Below are positions 60,549-64,000 of a stretch of DNA of 64,000 nt, piece after piece (position 1 is the first letter of the stretch; every line of letters starts with the position of its first letter). The DNA is from Toensbergia leucococca (taxonomy: Eukaryota): positions 62,001 to 126,000 of the forward strand of contig JALDZS010000047.1 of the NCBI GenBank assembly GCA_022813965.1, written 5' to 3'. Below the pieces are notes generated by a model that was given only the letters and a program-made list of their open reading frames with translations, did no database searches and was not told the DNA's origin. Both the position numbers and the translations under genes were made by a program.

Positions 60549-61005
60549 ATTTTAAGCCTGACTTTGGCTTGAAGAAGCCGTACAGCCAAGTTGGTCATGG
60601 TGTTCATACATCCAGCGGCGATAATTATTCGAGGATCTTACGTCTCTGCGAAGCTGCAGCTACAGTCTTGTCATGCAAAGGACTACAGCCGTCGCTGCGT
60701 TAACTACTGAGACTAATTGACTAGTATGTTGAAGTCTGGCTCAGTACGGGATAGAACAGGCATTGGGAGACTAGAGTAGCTACTCGACGGGCCATCCGCG
60801 TACTTAGTAAGCAGAGGCAGCTACTCGTAACCCAAACGGCTTGGCGGAGTCACTTTAGTGGTCTTATTCCGTCCGAGTCAGCTGAAGGAATTGCAACATA
60901 TCATAAGGTGATGCACTTTGCATAAGCTCTACTAACAGAAAAGCTCCTACTTGTGTCAATTCTATCTCTTGATTCAGACATGTAGTAATCTCATCCTTTC
61001 AGAAT

Positions 61006-61927
61006 ATGTCTGAAGGCTATCGAGGTATTGAGATGCTACCTAATCATCACATAGATCTTCCGCTAAGCCACAATTCTAGCAAAACCGGATGAGTACAACG
61101 CGCTTGCGAAAGACTATGCAACGGGACTTCTACAAGGCGCAGTTGATGCCTCCTCAAAAGCTCTTCTTCGTCAAATGGATTCTGTGTATCCCTTTTCCAA
61201 AGCCCACTATATCTTAGACCTTGGTTGCGGACCGGGACAGATCATTTCCCATCTAATCCAAGATTACGGTTCAGAGGTGCCGCAATCTGTTCGGATCTTG
61301 GCTACGGACGTAAGCCCCGACATGATTTGACAGGTTCAACTCCGTCGCGCACTCGAAGTCGAGCGAGACCCGCATTCAATATGGGGAAGACTTGAAAATG
61401 TTGTCTGCGATGCGCAGAACCTATCAGCGATATCGAATAATTCCTTCAGTCACATCACCGCAGGTTTGGTCTTGTTTCTTCTCCCGAAACCGCAAGAAGC
61501 CTTGATGGAATGTCTTCGAGTGCTGAGCCACGAGCATGGTGGAGGTGTCCTCGCAACGTCCTGCTGGCCACACAGCGACTGGCAGGATCTGATGAAACTG
61601 CTTGTACGAGTGGTTCCTGACAAGCCTGCATACGAGGTTCCTCGAGAGTGGCAGACCGTTGACGGTGTCCGGCGTGAGCTGGAAGAGGCTGGCTTTCGAG
61701 AAGTCAAAGTCGACCAGACAACAGTGTACGTGGATTACGACAATCCAGCAGAGGTCTACCATTGGCTTACCACGAGCATTCCCTATCTTATCCGACATAC
61801 GGCCGACCTTGGGCTTGTGCATTTGGAAGATTTAAAACATGCCATGTTCAGACATCTCACCCGCTTGTATGGATCCGGTGGCGGGCGCATGGTTGGAACA
61901 ACCATTGTGGCTAGTGGAAGAAAATAA
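61006..61927 (+). pseudogene. Class I SAM-dependent methyltransferase with one in-frame TGA (61328-61330)
   Basis: Exon MSEGYR, intron 61025-61079, then ILDLGCGPG, LATDVSPDMI*QVQ, VCDAQNL, FSHI, ECLRVL in one frame. Confidence 0.85.
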
Positions 61928-62079
61928 GAGTTGTTGCCTTGAGAGAGCGTTCAGATCAAAGAAGTACGAGGACAGTTTCATTATTAAATGGCAGTTGAAT
62001 GTTGTGCTCAAACCTAGCTTTTATATTTCATATCTCTCTTCTTACAATACATTTACCTCATTCAACAAGAGAATCTAAC

Positions 62080-64000
62080 AGGTTTCTGTCCCATTCTTTA
62101 TCACAGTGAATTTTTGAAGCGCACTGAAAAGGGTATAGCTGTGAGTGAATTCTCTTCACAAAGAAACTCTGAACTTTCTAAGCTTTTGAATTTGAGAATC
62201 ATCTTTATTTGATTGTTTTCTGCTCTTCTTTTATCTTTATCATACTGATTTTGTGATCATCTCATGCACTCAATACCTTGCTTACTTTCTCACAGAGAAG
62301 AATAGATAGAAAGATAGGTAATGAATGAAAATGAGTTGATATTGAGTTCAGGGATGAAATTTGAGGTGAAGAATTAAGCAAAATCATGATAGTAATCAGA
62401 ATAGTATTCCTACGCAATTTCACTTCTGAATGACACACAAATGAAAGAGATAAATGACTTGTCTAATCAGATAAGGTGAGATTTCAATGTATTCTTATTT
62501 ACCTTAGTGAAGTTATAAGAAGTCATTTTATGAAGTAGTTTTAGTGATTATATGTAGAATAGTAAATATTCAGTAATGCAAGTAGAATTACTTATTATAG
62601 TAATCTTATATAATGTTATTAGTTAAACTTATGTCTATTTATATAACAGTTTATTTATGACTAATTCTATAAATTATACTTGCAAGTTAAGTGTTCTCAG
62701 TCATTTTATAAAATGATTTCAGTGACTAGTTTAAGAATAGTAAATACTTAGTATAATTATCAACAACAGTGCATTAGCTTAATATTTATAATCTTAAGTG
62801 TAATGAGCATGCTCTACTGTAATTACTTAGTAATTTTGTGAGATTAGATCTAATATAGTCTGTTTAATAGATAGAACTTTCTTTTAATGACTTCATTTAC
62901 TTAATTTATTTACTTATTCAATTTTCTGCACTTTATCTCTTTACTTAAATTTGTCTATCTTCTCTGTTATACATTATCTATCTATTGTTATCTGTCTTCT
63001 TTAATCTCTGTTATGTGTTATCTGTCTATTGTTATCTATCTATTATATGTTATCTACCTTCTCTGCTATGTGTTATTTATCTATTATATGTTATCTACCT
63101 TCTCTGTTATGTGTCATATATCTAGTATGTGTTATCTACCTTCTTTATTATATATCATTTATCTATTATATATTGTCTATTTATTATGTGTTATCTATTT
63201 ATTGTGTGTTATCTATCTATTGTATATTATCTATCTATTGTGTGTTATTTACTTTCTTTATTGTGTATTATCTATCTATTGTATATTATCTATCTATTGT
63301 GTGTTATTTACTTTCTTTATTGTGTATTATCTATCTATTGCATGTTATCTATCTTCTTTATATTGTGCTGTCTTTACTGTACATAATTTAGTTTTAAAAA
63401 TAAATAAGATAAAATATTTAAAAATAAGACACATTAAATGTGTATCTACATACCTTACATATTTAAGTAGCAGTGAATAAAATATTAATCATTTATAAAA
63501 TTGTGTGTATTATTTGAGCTACTCTTAATTATCTAAATTACTGTATAATTACAGTTATCTCACTTTAATGTTGAAATTGTACAGGTAATTCACAGTAAGA
63601 ATGCCAATTCTTGATAATGTAATACAGATTTAATGTTTAATTTAGTATAAATGTTAATTCTTAAAAATGTACTATAGATCTAACACTTAATGTATGAGAA
63701 CATTCTAATGTTTTTTAATATTATTATTGAGAAACTGTTTAGTTTTACAGAGTTAAGAGTTATAATCTCATAAAAAGAACTGTCTGATTACTGTAAATTT
63801 ATAATAATTTAATCTTTAGTATCTTTACAAAGGTAATAATGATAATAATAATAACTTTATTTATCTGTTTTAGTAACTGCAGATCACTATACAGAATAAG
63901 TTCTTTTATATAAACTATACTCAATCAGGCATAGTATCTTACTAACATTAGAATATTAGAATATTAGAATATTAAAATACTTAAATACTTAATTATCTTT
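62080..64000. repeat. AT-rich RIP-like degenerate repeat block with an internal minisatellite
   Basis: GC content falls sharply, CpG is almost absent and TpA is abundant. Tandem TTATCTATCTATTGTGTG-like units at about 62950-63360; AATATTAG repeats at the window end. Confidence 0.85.

Noticed and set aside
63013..63480. Three overlapping Tyr/Leu/Cys-rich ORFs
   Set aside because: Artefacts of translating an AT-rich minisatellite in the RIP-like block.
1..64000. tRNA or rRNA genes
   Set aside because: The GGTTCG-type hits I inspected lacked cloverleaf context, and no rRNA-like sequence was recognised by eye. A covariance-model scan would be needed to exclude them.

Overview
Eukaryotic DNA from a filamentous ascomycete, with short introns carrying CTRAC/CTAAT branch sites. 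The secreted-protein types and base composition suggest a lichen-forming fungus (Lecanoromycetes-like); this is inference only. The left part (1-27 kb) holds housekeeping and transport genes: acyl-CoA dehydrogenase, a DUF3237 protein with two apparent GC-AG introns, a 14-3-3-like protein, a Myb-like repeat protein, EMP24, two hexose transporters, a UPC2-type Zn2Cys6 factor, and a tandem pair of unknown paralogs, one with a TGG>TAG stop. The right part (27-64 kb) looks accessory: an SGNH/FG-GAP esterase, a NACHT (NLR-like) gene, an orphan ustYa/DUF3328 oxidase, a 735-bp non-autonomous pogo-like transposon, several secreted Cys-rich proteins, a CFEM-GPI protein, a PTH11-like receptor, a frameshifted HET gene, a methyltransferase with one premature stop, and an AT-rich RIP-like repeat block at the end. 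The most striking item is a spliced gene at 57240-60548 that appears to fuse a CENP-B/Abp1-type HTH, a bHLH domain and a C-terminal two-helix membrane domain. All gene models and family calls come from manual reading and recall of family motifs; no database searches were run.
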